Shown here: piece by piece, positions 13,101 through 24,502 of the stretch | Position numbering within the stretch: position 1 is the first letter of the stretch | Layout: each line of letters starts with the position of its first letter | From: Microthyrium microscopicum | Lineage: Eukaryota | Length of the DNA: 64,000 nt | Direction: 5' to 3' | Assembly (NCBI GenBank): GCA_010405405.1 | Contig: MU004243.1 | Location: 367,340 to 431,339, forward strand | Translations under genes and position numbers: made by a program | Notes under the pieces: generated by a model | The model's database searches: none | Told to the model about the DNA's origin: nothing | The model's input: only the letters and a program-made list of their open reading frames with translations

Positions 13101-14711
13101 CTATTCGTCTTTCTCTCGAAACGTCTGAAGAGCCGAAAGAGCCTCAAAGTCTCTAGTCTTCTGTTCTTCCCGCTTCCCTGTCAAACGATTGAGCCCACCT
13201 TCAACAAACTCTAGGTGTTCCTTGAGTTCCTGAACAGTCATGGCCTCTCGTGTTCGGGGCTCATTTAATCTGGTCTGAATATCCGCCATGCTTGCCTGAA
13301 TTCTTCTCAGCTCCAACAAAGTCAATTTGACGTGCCGCGCTGACTCTCGCGTAGTAGTATCCACTCGGTCTCCAATCTTAATGTTCTTTTCCACAAACTT
13401 CCTGTCCTTCAAGTTTCCGCCTAGCTTTGTCCAAAGCTGAGAGAATAGCTCTTCTTTCCGGACCTCCATCGTTGCAGAGTCCTTACTGATTGTGCTTCGC
13501 ATCATATCCACATGATCGTCCATGGTTTGTAGGTGAAGATCAACTGTCGTTCCCTCGCTGATCAATGTCTTTACAACTGCTTCGACTTCCTTTGCATGCC
13601 TAAGGTACCGATCCATGATTTGGTCTTTGGTGATTTTGCTGTACGAAGCCGGGAGGATAGCGTTCCAGACACCGTCCAACATTCCGTCTAGACCTGCTCG
13701 ACTCTTCAGTTCCTCCAATGAATGTAATGTGAAGCGTTTGGCGGATATGATCTTGTCTACAGAACGTCCGACATGCTGTGAGTAATCCGTGAGTTGGTAG
13801 GTGAGTTGTTTCAAGAGCTGATGGTATTGAGTAAACTCCTGAACTAGTTCAGCTTTACTGGGAAGTTGTGATTGGTACCGGATCAAATTCATGGTATCGG
13901 CAATGGACATCTGGTCATGAAGTAATTGTGCAGAAAGTGCCGACAGAACGGGTTTTGCTTCGAGCATTCGTTCAGCCGAATGGTCGATTTCTCCGAATTT
14001 CTTGAATAGCAGCTTTTCGTTTTCGATTTGCTGCTCACGGGACAGCGGTTTTGGTAGAGAAGACGAAGGGCGGCAAAACGGAACGAAATGCTGTGCTCCT
14101 GGTAACGAGCATGCTGAAGGGATCCTCATATTCGTTGATAAGCTGGGAAGACCGGGGACATTTGATAGGATCCATTGGGGTACAAGTGTGGTCAGGAACA
14201 CAGAAACAATGGCAAGCGCTATAACGATCGATATCGGCATTCGCAAAAGTGATAAAGCGTCCAGAAAACATTTGAAGAAGAAAAGCAGAGGAGGAAATAT
14301 GACATCGTTCCAAATAGATGCGCTGTCCTGAACTTGGGACGGTTGCTTTCTAGTTCGGCGCGAAACTGGTCGAGATTTGGGTGTGCTAGTTGTAGACGAA
14401 GACGGATGTCTTCTTCGCCTTGTGGCTATTGGGGTAGCGTCGGGTGATGGCATGATGAAGATGGGCTCGGACATCATAGGGGAGTAGTATTGGTTGGGTG
14501 AAATGGATGACCGCGAGGAGACACGGAGACCATTGCGCCTAGGGGTCGTTAGCTGTGAGGAATGCAGTTTCCGTGCGCTTCGACGACGCGGAGATGGCTC
14601 CGGCTCGGGAGATTCTGATAAAGAGGCATCAGAGAATGAGGAGTCTTCTGATGGTTGTTCAATTTGGGCCCATGATTCTGTGAGGGATTGCCTCATTTTG
14701 GAGGTAGACAT
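13101..14711 (-). CDS. Fungal membrane-anchored coiled-coil protein of unknown function
   Basis: Intronless 536-aa ORF: S/R/P-rich N terminus, hydrophobic segment (ISIVIALAIVSVFLTTLV), CSLPG...PFC motif, and a long helical region containing LWTKLGGN. Confidence 0.75.
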   Translation of the reverse strand: MSTSKMRQSLTESWAQIEQPSEDSSFSDASLSESPEPEPSPRRRSARKLHSSQLTTPRRNGLRVSSRSSISPNQYYSPMMSEPIFIMPSPDATPIATRRRRHPSSSTTSTPKSRPVSRRTRKQPSQVQDSASIWNDVIFPPLLFFFKCFLDALSLLRMPISIVIALAIVSVFLTTLVPQWILSNVPGLPSLSTNMRIPSACSLPGAQHFVPFCRPSSSLPKPLSREQQIENEKLLFKKFGEIDHSAERMLEAKPVLSALSAQLLHDQMSIADTMNLIRYQSQLPSKAELVQEFTQYHQLLKQLTYQLTDYSQHVGRSVDKIISAKRFTLHSLEELKSRAGLDGMLDGVWNAILPASYSKITKDQIMDRYLRHAKEVEAVVKTLISEGTTVDLHLQTMDDHVDMMRSTISKDSATMEVRKEELFSQLWTKLGGNLKDRKFVEKNIKIGDRVDTTTRESARHVKLTLLELRRIQASMADIQTRLNEPRTREAMTVQELKEHLEFVEGGLNRLTGKREEQKTRDFEALSALQTFREKDE

Positions 14712-15177
14712 TTTGAAGACTGTTGGTGTAGAAGTGGATTAACCATGGAAATCGTATACATTAGGGGACGAGAGGCGGCTTTTGAGCTACAGGCAGGTGT
14801 TACCTGTAGTTGTGATTATAACACAAGGTAAGATCCATCGCTTGGAAGGTGATTGTTGTCGCAGATTAAGACATGAATCTTGATCTTGATTTGCCTCACT
14901 GTTGGTGTTGAACCCAACCACCTCGTGCTCCCCACGCGTGAGGTTGAAACATGACATCACACTAGGCAACACACGCGATGCGAGACCAGTTCCCACGCGC
15001 CTATATCCCTGTATCCCTGTAGCATTTCGGATTTCCTCCATATCCCTGCATTCGCATTGTAACAGAACCATTGACACTAGCTCCCCTCCCATATATGACC
15101 AAGGGAAAAGTTCATCTGCACTTGGCCATCTCAACTCAAGAACACTCAATTCGACCCGCCCTAGCAATGAGCCTCAA

Positions 15178-16623
15178 ATGATCCTATCGCGCCCGTTCGC
15201 CGTCGCTCGCTTATCAAGAAACCATGTCTCCAGCACTCCAAAGCTCTTCCTTCGCCGCTGCAGTGCTGACCACCGCGAGCTTGCCCATTCTCAACAACTC
15301 CTCACAGGCTCCATCTACAGTCCTGGCTCGCCCCTTTTCCTACCCAATGGCGCTGATATGATGAACAAGCTGACCGCTTGTCTTCGTGCACACTATCCAC
15401 TCTTTGGCTTCCGCGAAGTCATCACACCAAACATCTATAAACGATCACTATGGGAGAAATCTGGTCACTGGGACAATTATGCGAACGACATGTTTGAAGT
15501 ACGAGGTCGTGGGGCTACGGGTGTAAAAGAGAACGCAGATATTGGCGAGGATGAGGTTTTTGGGTTGAAGCCTATGAACTGTCCTGGCCATTGCTTGCTG
15601 TTTGCTAGCCAAAATCATAGCTATCGAGATCTTCCCATTCGATATGCGGATTTCAGCTCGTTGCATCGCAACGAAATTTCTGGTGCTTTGACGGGCTTGA
15701 CCCGGGTTCGGCGATTTCATCAGGACGATGGTCATATTTTTTGTCGACCGGATCAGATTGAAGCGGAGATCAAAAAGACGATGGATTTCATCGACTTGGT
15801 CTATGGGGATATCTTTGGCATGCGCGAGTATAGACTAGTTCTATCGACTAGACCTGCGGAGAAATATATTGGTTCCGTCGAGGATTGGGACCGTGCTGAA
15901 CGGCAACTCAAATCTGCGTTGGACTCGAGTGAAAGAGACTGGACTTTGAACGAAGGCGATGGAGCTTTCTACGGCCCCAAGATAGATATAATCCTGAAGG
16001 ATGCCCATGGCAAGGAACACCAAACTGCGACAGTCCAGCTCGATTTCCAATTGCCTCAAAGATTTGAGCTGAAGTATGATGCCCCAGGCAAAGATGGCGA
16101 AGACTTGAGTCGGGAGACTCCGGTTCTCATTCATCGTGCGGTATTGGGCTCTTTAGAGCGCTTCTTGGCTCTTATTATTGAACATTACAACGGTCGATAT
16201 CCGTTCTGGATATCACCGCGTCCGCTAAAGATACTCAGCGTGTCTCAAAAGCCAGAGGAACTGCAGCATATTGAAAATGTTGCTGCAGAACTTGCTGGCG
16301 TACAGGCAGGCAAAGCACGGAAAATCCCGAGCCGAAGACCAAATATCCAAGTCGAAATAGACACTTCAGCTCGTCCGCTGGGCAAAAAGATCCGTGAGGC
16401 AAAAAATGAAGGGTTCAATTTCATCATTGTTATCGGTCCACAAGATGCAGAGAAGGGTGGCTTGGTTTTGAGAATGTTGAACCAGTGGGACGAAGCCAGG
16501 AGTTTGGAGATTCTTGGCCTGACTCTTGGCCCAGATGGACTGGCTAAAGATCCAAAAAACATTCGGACGAATGCGCGAGATGTCAGAGCATTTTTGGAGA
16601 AGCTTCAAGATGAATATATGTAA
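15178..16623 (+). CDS. MST1: Mitochondrial threonyl-tRNA synthetase (lacks N-terminal editing domain)
   Basis: Presequence-like MILSRPFAVARLSR, then LWEKSGHW, LKPMNCPGHC, HRNE..GLTRVRRFHQDD, GAFYGPKID, QLDFQLP, IHRAVLGSLERF and a C-terminal anticodon-binding domain. Confidence 0.93.
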   Translation: MILSRPFAVARLSRNHVSSTPKLFLRRCSADHRELAHSQQLLTGSIYSPGSPLFLPNGADMMNKLTACLRAHYPLFGFREVITPNIYKRSLWEKSGHWDNYANDMFEVRGRGATGVKENADIGEDEVFGLKPMNCPGHCLLFASQNHSYRDLPIRYADFSSLHRNEISGALTGLTRVRRFHQDDGHIFCRPDQIEAEIKKTMDFIDLVYGDIFGMREYRLVLSTRPAEKYIGSVEDWDRAERQLKSALDSSERDWTLNEGDGAFYGPKIDIILKDAHGKEHQTATVQLDFQLPQRFELKYDAPGKDGEDLSRETPVLIHRAVLGSLERFLALIIEHYNGRYPFWISPRPLKILSVSQKPEELQHIENVAAELAGVQAGKARKIPSRRPNIQVEIDTSARPLGKKIREAKNEGFNFIIVIGPQDAEKGGLVLRMLNQWDEARSLEILGLTLGPDGLAKDPKNIRTNARDVRAFLEKLQDEYM

Positions 16624-17497
16624 ATCATTGCCACTGTTAACATCCCCGTCCTGGATCAACATGAGTACTGGAACGCCATGGACCGCGGAAGATCAGGCAC
16701 GTATTCACTATTTTGCGGAACATTCACAAGAACAGATGCGGAGTGCATATGGAACCTTTGTATGAATGCCCAGACCTGCCCTTTGATGAGCAGATGGGAT
16801 CCAACCGAGACATCATTCCATCTCCAGAAAATAGAGGATTAACGGATCGGCTTAAGGATATAAAACCTCAGTTGCGAAGCGTGCCATAATAATTCTGGCC
16901 CATATTATGAAGTAGATTATGAAAAGGCTGTCATTACTTGACTTTGATTTGACACCAAAAATCGAGCTCCACAGCGACAGTTCACTCGAAAACATTCTTG
17001 GACGTGGCCTAGACCACCAGTGGGACAAATCACTGTCTCGCGGGGTTGTCAACGACCCAAAATAAGAATCAATATTCTGCCCAAGTAGGCGAATTTTGTT
17101 TTGGTGGCTTGGTATATTTGTTTTAAAACACACACGACATAGCTGGGAAGTGTGTTTTTTGCATTGTGATTGGTGCGATGCTATTCTCAGCTGAGGTCCC
17201 CCATGAGTTTGCATCAAAGGGGTAATCGAGTCTCTGCACTGCCAGCGCCTCAAGCGCCCATGGCGGGCAGAGTCAAGAGCATTAATCGGAGTGATTCCCG
17301 ACAAGCTTGCTTGGCTCTTGAAAGTGCTTGCAACTCACTATTTTCTTCAGCCGAACGACGAAACGCGATTCCTGATATACGCTCTGTTGACACGGACTGA
17401 TGTCGTTCTTTTAAACCACGAAACGCTCTCTAAATCATCACGGTCTTTATACAACAGTACGGTTCTTTATACCATCAATTCAGCACCAGTTCCTGTC

Positions 17498-18164
17498 ATG
17501 GCTACTTGCGACACACCCGGTCATTGTCAGTTGGGGGATGCTTGTACCTGGGATTTCGATTGCTCTGGAAGTAAGCAGGCCTTCAAAGCACTAGATCTTT
17601 GTATTGTTTCTAATATATGCGACAGATTGGACGTGCCTCGATGCAAAGTGCTCAGACACCAAACAGAACAACTTCAAATCGCCAGGCTATATCGCAGGCG
17701 GCGCGGTCGGCGTCGTTGTCATCCTAATACTAATCTGTGTTGGCGTATGGCTATGTATTCGCACACGACGACGCAGAAGACTGCAGCACGACGAAGAGCT
17801 CATCCAGAAAACGATACAACAGGAACAATTCAAAGCCTTGTCAAGTCGACCAGGCACAAGCCACCACCAAGATCTTGATTATCCTGCAGTAAACTACGGC
17901 TCTTCACCTGCTCCGACGTACGCGAGCGGATACCATAACAACGTTTCTCCAATCTCGCCCGACACTGCGTATTCTATTCCCATGTCAGAGTTGATGGGAA
18001 GTCCCGCAATACCTGGGAGTAAACATGACACCACCGTAGAAATTGTTGAATTGGAAGGAGACAGCATGATATCAACTCCTCGAGCAAGGAGTGACTCGCA
18101 AAACAATGGCTCCGCTGGATTGGGATCACCTGAGAGCTCGCCGAAGGAAAGAGGAAAGAAGTAA
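17498..18164 (+). CDS. Small single-pass membrane protein with a 6-Cys N-terminal module, 2 exons
   Basis: Intron 17571..17625 gives MATCDTPGHCQLGDACTWDFDCSGNWTCLDAKCS..., then TM YIAGGAVGVVVILILICVGVWLCI-RTRRRRR and a tail with SELMGS/VELEGD. Confidence 0.7.
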
Positions 18165-18627
18165 AAGACATCATTACCACGTCTTGTTTGTTTTATATCG
18201 CCCTTTCGGTGTCCATTATATCGTGGAATAGTCCTGTTATCGGTTATATTGTACCTGGAAAAGACAAAACCACTGCAAAAGGAATACACCAACAGAGAGT
18301 TTTGGCCCAATCCACTTTACGATCTCATGAACGACTGCGCAATAACCATTACTCAATGATCGACGTCATTAAGAGCCGTATGAAGAGCACCTGAATAGAT
18401 AGGTCCAATCATCTCGGGTCCAGCTTCACATTCCATGTATGTGCCAACTTTGTGGTGCCATTCCTTCAAGAGATGCAACATCAAACATTTCAGAGGTTCC
18501 AGTGTAACGGAGAGTACTCCGGGCAAGGTTCGAAAGCCATGCCATGTATGTATATCAGGAACGAATAAACCGTTGAATAATGAAGTATTTTCAAGCATAT
18601 TTTACATTAACTATCTTTGCCAGCAAA

Positions 18628-21600
18628 ATGCCTCCAGTGGATCGATATACCGCTGGGCTTGTCATTCTCTACTATCTTTCTTCAGTCTCTGCTGTTCCAG
18701 TAACTCCTGATGCTGTACACGATCACGAAAAGCGCCAGCTTGCGGGTCTGACAGGCGCTCTCCCCATCGGCTCAACTAATGGCATAAATACTGGAATCGT
18801 CAAAGGCGGTCCTATATCTGGCCTCTCAGGCTCAGCTCTTCCTCTTGCTGGAGCTCCACTTCCTGCTGGTCCTGCGGTACCCAACGTTGGAGTCTTGACT
18901 GCACCTGTGACCGGACTCGTAGGCATAGGAAGTCAAGCAATTCCCGGCCTAGTAGGTGGCCTTTCTGCAGGTCTAGCGAATGTTGGCCCAGGGCTGAGCG
19001 GGCAGAGTCCCGCCGGGCCGCTGCAGGGCATTCAGCAAGGGGTTGTCAACGGAGTTAGCTCCCTCTTGCCTGGCCTTGTTGGAGAACTTCAATCAATCAT
19101 CAAAGTTATCGCGGCGCTTGTTCCTGCCAATCTACTTGGTCCTACCATAAGCAATGTGTTGCAGAGTATTCCAGGATACATTCCAGGTACCACTTTCTCA
19201 TGTCCAACCCTTCTTTGACAGTGTTGATTGATCAAGGAATGCTATGTCCAGGCTTCTGTTCTACTATCAATAACACGCTCACATTCATGCTATTGGTGAT
19301 TTACATTGATCCTTACTGACATACTCAGGTCTCCTCCAGACACCTGGACCTGTATTGAGCAACCTCCCAGTTGCTAATGGATTGACAAGTGCTCTTCCTA
19401 CCGGTGGCCTTGGAGGTCTCGGTGTAGTGACTGGAGTTCTTGGTTCTGTTCCCGGAGCTGGTTCGTTACCACTTCCTGTGCCAGGCGTTGCTAGTCCTGC
19501 TACTGGACTGACTGGCGGCGTTCCTGCTGCCCTCGGAACAGTTCCTGGACTTGATTCACTGCCTATTCCTGCTCTGCCTGCTGCTCCTGTTGCTGGAATG
19601 ACCGACAACCTTCCCCTTGATGTTCTTGGAGATCTTCCTACAACTCCTCCACTACCTGACCTTGGTGAGTAGCTCCATCTACTCGGTGTCTCACACCCTG
19701 CCTGAATACCCAAATATAAATTTCGGTAGTTACGCGAACTGAAAACATGGCATCACCGATAGTTGTTTAGCAGCAAGTGATCGAGCATCACACCCCTTTC
19801 CCTCCACCTCCTGTCTTTCACTCGCAATCCCGCGTCGAGTCTGATTTCCTTTAGCTAATACAGTGCAGGTAGCACGCTTCAAGGGCTAAGCGCTGGAAGT
19901 AATGCTAGAGTCGCTGGTGCTGATGGTACAGATGCATCTCTCCCATCTGCCATTGCTGCTGTCTCAGGTCTACCAGTAGCTGCTCCTGCTCTACCAGCGT
20001 TACCTAATGTACAGTCTCTTCCCAATTTGCCAGTTTCGGGCTTGGCTATCCCAGGCCTTGCGAACAATCCCACAACAAATTTAGTCCATTTCTTTGGGAA
20101 GGGTGTGGACCCGCTTGCTAGCCTCACGGACCTCCAAACAGAATGCGCCAGCCCAGAGCTCGGCATCATCAATGCTGTTGCACTTTCTTCACTCACTTCC
20201 ACCGTGAGCAGTGGACCTGGCTGCACGACCACAGATTGTTCGGCCCTTGGAGCTGCCCTCGTTAAATGCCAACAGCTGGGAAAGAAAGTTCACTTGACGT
20301 TGAATGCTTTCAGCACTAGCTCGGGTTTCGTTGATAGCAAAGGCAATCTCCTGAGCTCCAACTTTGCTCAGACCTTCTACCAGACCTTTGGCCCATTGAC
20401 TAGTCAGGCTCCTGGGATCACATCATCCAGTACTAGGCTCTTGGGTTCTTTCGTGCCCGATGGTGTTCAGGTTGTCATGTCTGTGGTCAAAGGCGCAAGA
20501 GCAGATGCGGCGACCGATGCCAGCAGTGCCGCCGTTACTTCTGGTTTAACGGCATTCATTTCCAAGCTCAAGTCGCTATTTGCGTCTGATGCTCTTCCTT
20601 TTGCAGTAGCAGGAACTGTACCTTGCGTAAGTTTGCATGAAGCATATCCCAGACCCAGTTGGTTCATATTATGATTTACTCTTCGTCCAATTACACATGC
20701 CGTGTTGTACTCCAGGTTGTTGGAAATATACTAACGATTTTAGTCCAACCCAGACATTCTGCCAGCCGATGCGAAAGCAATGCTGCCTGGCCAGACAGCG
20801 CCAGTCTTTAACAGCCTCACACTTTCCTTCTGGAACCAGCCTGCTTGTGAACTTCAAGGCTTTGCATTCGGGAGCTTCTTGAATGGCTTTGCTTCGGGCC
20901 TGTTGCCCATTCCAAGTGTACCGGGTAACTTAGTTCCCACTGCCCCGTTGACTGGAGTTCCAATACCTGGTCTACCTCAGGGAGGTAAAGGAAAACGCCA
21001 GATCCCGAAAGTTCCAGTGCCCCAAGCACCACCACCACTACCGCTGCCGCCAGCACCACTTCCCGTTGCTGCCCCAGTGCTTCCTATTGCTGCCCCAGCA
21101 GCTCTTCGACCTGGAGCACTCCCAGTAGCCGCTCCAGCCCTTCCCGTCGCTGCTCCAGCACTCCCAGTCGCTGCTCCAGCACTGCCAGTAGCGGCTCCAG
21201 CACTGCCAGTAGCGGCTCCAGCACTGCCAGTAGCGGCTCCAGCACTGCCAGTAGCGGCTCCAGCACTGCCAGTCGCTGCTCCAGCACTCCCAGTAGCGGC
21301 TTCAGCACTCCCACTGCTAGCTCCAGCACTCCCTCTCGCAAGTGGTCTACCTATCGCAGGCGGCCTACCAATTCCAAGCGGTCTTGCTGTGCCAGGCGGC
21401 CTACCAATTCCAAGCGGAATTCCTATTCCAAGCGGTCTTCCAACGCCGTCTCTGCCTTCAAATATCGTGCCCAACCTACCACTGCCTGTAGCTCTGCCTA
21501 CGGACATTCCGGCCGCGCTTTCTCTCTCCAACTCAATGCCGAGCTTCCTTATCGGGCTTCCGTCTTCCTTGAAGTCACAAATCTCTTCTGGTAGTGTTAC

Positions 21601-21805
21601 AAACGAACTGAGCTCTCTCCTGGGAACACTGACATCCATTTCTTCCGTAGTAGGATTTGGTGGAGTATCATTTTGGGGTCCTCCTGCGTCAGAGCCACTG
21701 TTGGCTGCCACTGTGCAAGCTGTGTACGGACAGCCGCGGGTTATTAATTGTTTACTCACTCCTGCAAATCCAGCATGCTTAGCTGTGAGTATGAAACGTC
21801 GTTGA
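18628..21805 (+). CDS. Secreted Pro/Ala/Gly/Leu-rich protein with a degenerate GH18 class III chitinase-like domain, multi-exon
   Basis: Signal peptide and EKR site. GH18-III-like segments NLVHFFG, ECASPELGII, CSALGAALVKCQQLGKKVHLTL, RLLGSFVPDG, AGTVPC-SNPD, FNSLTLSFWNQPAC, FLIGLPSS and FGGVSFW. Intron 20627..20743 is clear; the 5' introns (about 19188..19328 and 19666..19868) are approximate. Confidence 0.7.
21125..21313 (+). repeat. Coding 21-bp minisatellite, about 9 copies, encoding VAAPALP
   Basis: GTAGCGGCTCCAGCACTGCCA occurs in four identical copies, flanked by variant copies (mostly synonymous; the last encodes VAASALP). Confidence 0.95.
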
Positions 21806-22043
21806 AAGGACTGATGGTCATAGTGTTTTTGAACAATTTGCGAAATCTAACTTACACTTCTTGTAACGCGCAAGCGACTTTTCTACGGTGCTCGACTTTA
21901 TGTTCTTGATCGTTGATCTTAGGTTTATTATGCTGTCCCTTCTTATGATGGGAAAGAAAAGAGTGAAGGATATTTGAAAGATACTATCATCGTAAAATTA
22001 GCTCTAATTGACTTTATTTAGTTCGTGAATCTTACCATCATTT

Positions 22044-22748
22044 CTAATTCGCTGGCGTTCTCGCTATAACCCACAGAAACACACCTGAATCTGCCGTGTC
22101 CTTTTGAACTTCTTGCTCAACAATTTCGAACTTGGCATCTTTCAGCTTTTGAAGAGTTCCTGCTTCACCCCATCCACTCCAAAACATCCACCCCTTTTCG
22201 TGGAGCCAGTTGGGAATCGAGGCTGCGGGCATGTCTACAGCAGAGAAGTTGGCAAGCAAATATCCTCCAGGTTTAAGCCATTTGATGATATTCTCGAGTA
22301 GCTTCGGTTGTTCCTCGCGAGGAAGATGGATGATACTGTAAAAGCCAAGGACAGCGTCAAGAGAGCCATCAGGAAAGGAAAGAGCCATCATGTCGCCTTC
22401 AACGAAAGTGACACGGTCAGCAGTCCCTGGGTCAATGTTGCTTTTTGCTATGGAGATCTGCGTGCTGGACATGTCATTTGCTGTGACGGTCATTTTCGGA
22501 TGAGTGAGGAGAGTTGTCGTGACTGGCTTTCCACCACCACATCCAAGCTCGAGGACCGCAGTAGGCTCCTTGGTATTCAATTTGGACAATAAGCTGTCCA
22601 GAAATTTGAGCCTGATTGTGTCATGATGTTTGTTCGTCCATGAGTTATAATCATTGGCTATAATGTCGTAAGAATCCTTGAGGCGGCTTTTGACATCCAC
22701 GGGAGTCTCAGCCGATGAAGCCATAGTGGGAGGTGTGGTAGAATTCAT
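22044..22748 (-). CDS. Class I SAM-dependent methyltransferase
   Basis: VLELGCGGG (motif I), VTAND, FVEGDM, FPDGSLDAV, HLPREEQ and WLKPGG. Intronless. Confidence 0.9.
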   Translation of the reverse strand: MNSTTPPTMASSAETPVDVKSRLKDSYDIIANDYNSWTNKHHDTIRLKFLDSLLSKLNTKEPTAVLELGCGGGKPVTTTLLTHPKMTVTANDMSSTQISIAKSNIDPGTADRVTFVEGDMMALSFPDGSLDAVLGFYSIIHLPREEQPKLLENIIKWLKPGGYLLANFSAVDMPAASIPNWLHEKGWMFWSGWGEAGTLQKLKDAKFEIVEQEVQKDTADSGVFLWVIARTPAN

Positions 22749-23357
22749 TGAAGTTTAATTGTGTAAAATAGTTCGCGTTTTGAGGCGGCTTAAAGTACGA
22801 GATAGCTGAAGCCAGAACAAGAGGAGCAGCTGGTACTGAGCAATGATCCTTGTAAATAGTCCTCGGTTATATCATCGCAGGACTGGCAATTCAATCACAA
22901 GCGGTAACCGGATACGGTCAACGTAACAGAAACAAAACGTAATACTACTTCTGAGGGATGCTACAGCTGCATTCCACTTAGCCTTTTATGGTACTTATCT
23001 GAGTCCATGCTACTCCGTACGCAGATTAGGTCACTCAATGGCTAGTCTCAAAAAGATATGAGACCAAACACAGTTATGTTTGAACATGAAGCTTTTAAGA
23101 ACAAAAGTGTTCAAGAGTTTGCATTGAAATCGACTATTGTAATGCAGAGGCAAATGAAGACTGTTATCTCAAATCTGAAGTATTTTCCAGCATACAATTC
23201 CATTCATTCATAAATTTTACGTGGAAGTCCTGCTCCTTTTTAAGATGTTGAAGATACATCAGCATCTCGGGTTGAGATCTTCAGAGAGGGTTGAACAATA
23301 GCCACTACTTGAAAGCGTCAGCTATTGCTTATGAGAAATCTTGCCGTTTTCTCACGA

Positions 23358-23648
23358 TCAATAGTCTTGACAAACGCCCTGTAAAGCTCCACCAGCATAA
23401 CTGCATGTTACACATCCTTCGTCAACACAGGTGTCATCAGCATAACATGGAATAGTAGAGCATTCCGCCCGCTTCTTCAACATCTCATGTGCCACGTTGT
23501 ATCTCTTGGACATGCCGTCTCGCTATTTTGTTGTTTTAGTTAAAAGTATGCTAGCATTTAGCAAGACACGGCTTACCTTCACCTCGGCAGCTGGCATAGC
23601 CAATACGCTGGAAATAAGTACAAGGAGGGAAATGATTGAGTAACGCAT
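23358..23648 (-). CDS. Prepro-peptide (78 aa) releasing a 36-aa, 6-Cys knottin-like peptide, 2 exons
   Basis: Exons 23648..23577 and 23522..23358, intron GTAAGC...CTAA...AATAG. Translation MRYSIISLLVLISSVLAMPAAEVKRDGMSKRYNVAHEMLKKR-AECSTIPCYADDTCVDEGCVTCSYAGGALQGVCQDY*. Not in the ORF track. Confidence 0.85.
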
Positions 23649-24502
23649 GATGGATTGATTGTAGTTTGAGGTGTTTGATCCTGGGGTGCCTTCAAGTGAC
23701 AGAGTGAATGGTTGCTAGGTAGGTTTATTGGATTTGTATGATGTTCACTTTGTGAATCGTATACTTCAAAGATTTATCAATAAACTCTTTTATAGTACTG
23801 TATCTCTACGATTTTCTTTTTCTTAGAATTCTTATCAGCATCTTTTCTCGTCGAATGTTCATACAACAGTTCGGTGGTATTGCAGCGATCGGCATGAGAA
23901 CTCATTTTCTTTGGACGCCACTTCGCATTAGAACAGGGAAATGAAGTAATACTACAATGTGCTTTTATGCTGGCAGATAAGTCTGCAGGATTTGATTCTT
24001 CGGTCGACGATGATCATTTAGTCTCCTAACAGAAGTATGCACATTCGAAATGGAATTCTTTGAAGATCTGGACAAAAAGCACAACTTAAATACCTTGATT
24101 CATGCCATTGGGGCATTGGACCGTGAGGAACACAGCGTGTTTCCATATGAGGTATCAAGAGCGAGGGAGCGCTGAAGACAAGAGGCGGCACTCATACTCT
24201 TGGAATAAGGTAAGATTTGGTGCCGGGCTTAGATACTAGTTGTGCGAGAGCCTGTAGGTAATGAAGTTGGTGACGAAGTTGAATGGGAAGTCGAAAATGA
24301 CGAGGAGTAGAGTACGTAGTAACGACGATGAAAGTGGAGATTAGCGTGGCCAGGACTTTAACCCCGAGAAAAATTGATGACTTACAAAAACATCTACACC
24401 AGACCTATTTCCAGCTTGATCATCGCTTCAATCAAGCATTATATTCGTTAATTATGCGATGACCTTTTTCTCTTGAAACTTTCCTTCCTCAAGTCTTCCA
24501 TC

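Noticed and set aside
14902..15177. 92-codon in-frame upstream extension of the ThrRS ORF
   Set aside because: It begins at TTG with no ATG, and the ATG at 15178 already gives a plausible mitochondrial presequence.
21125..21313. Regular direct repeats considered as a possible CRISPR array
   Set aside because: The units are head-to-tail with no spacers, in frame within a eukaryotic CDS.
20977..21759. 260-aa minus-strand ORF with ATGSAGA repeats resembling an ice-nucleation or antifreeze repeat
   Set aside because: It is the reverse complement of the VAAPALP minisatellite. The plus strand carries the spliced gene with GH18 landmarks.
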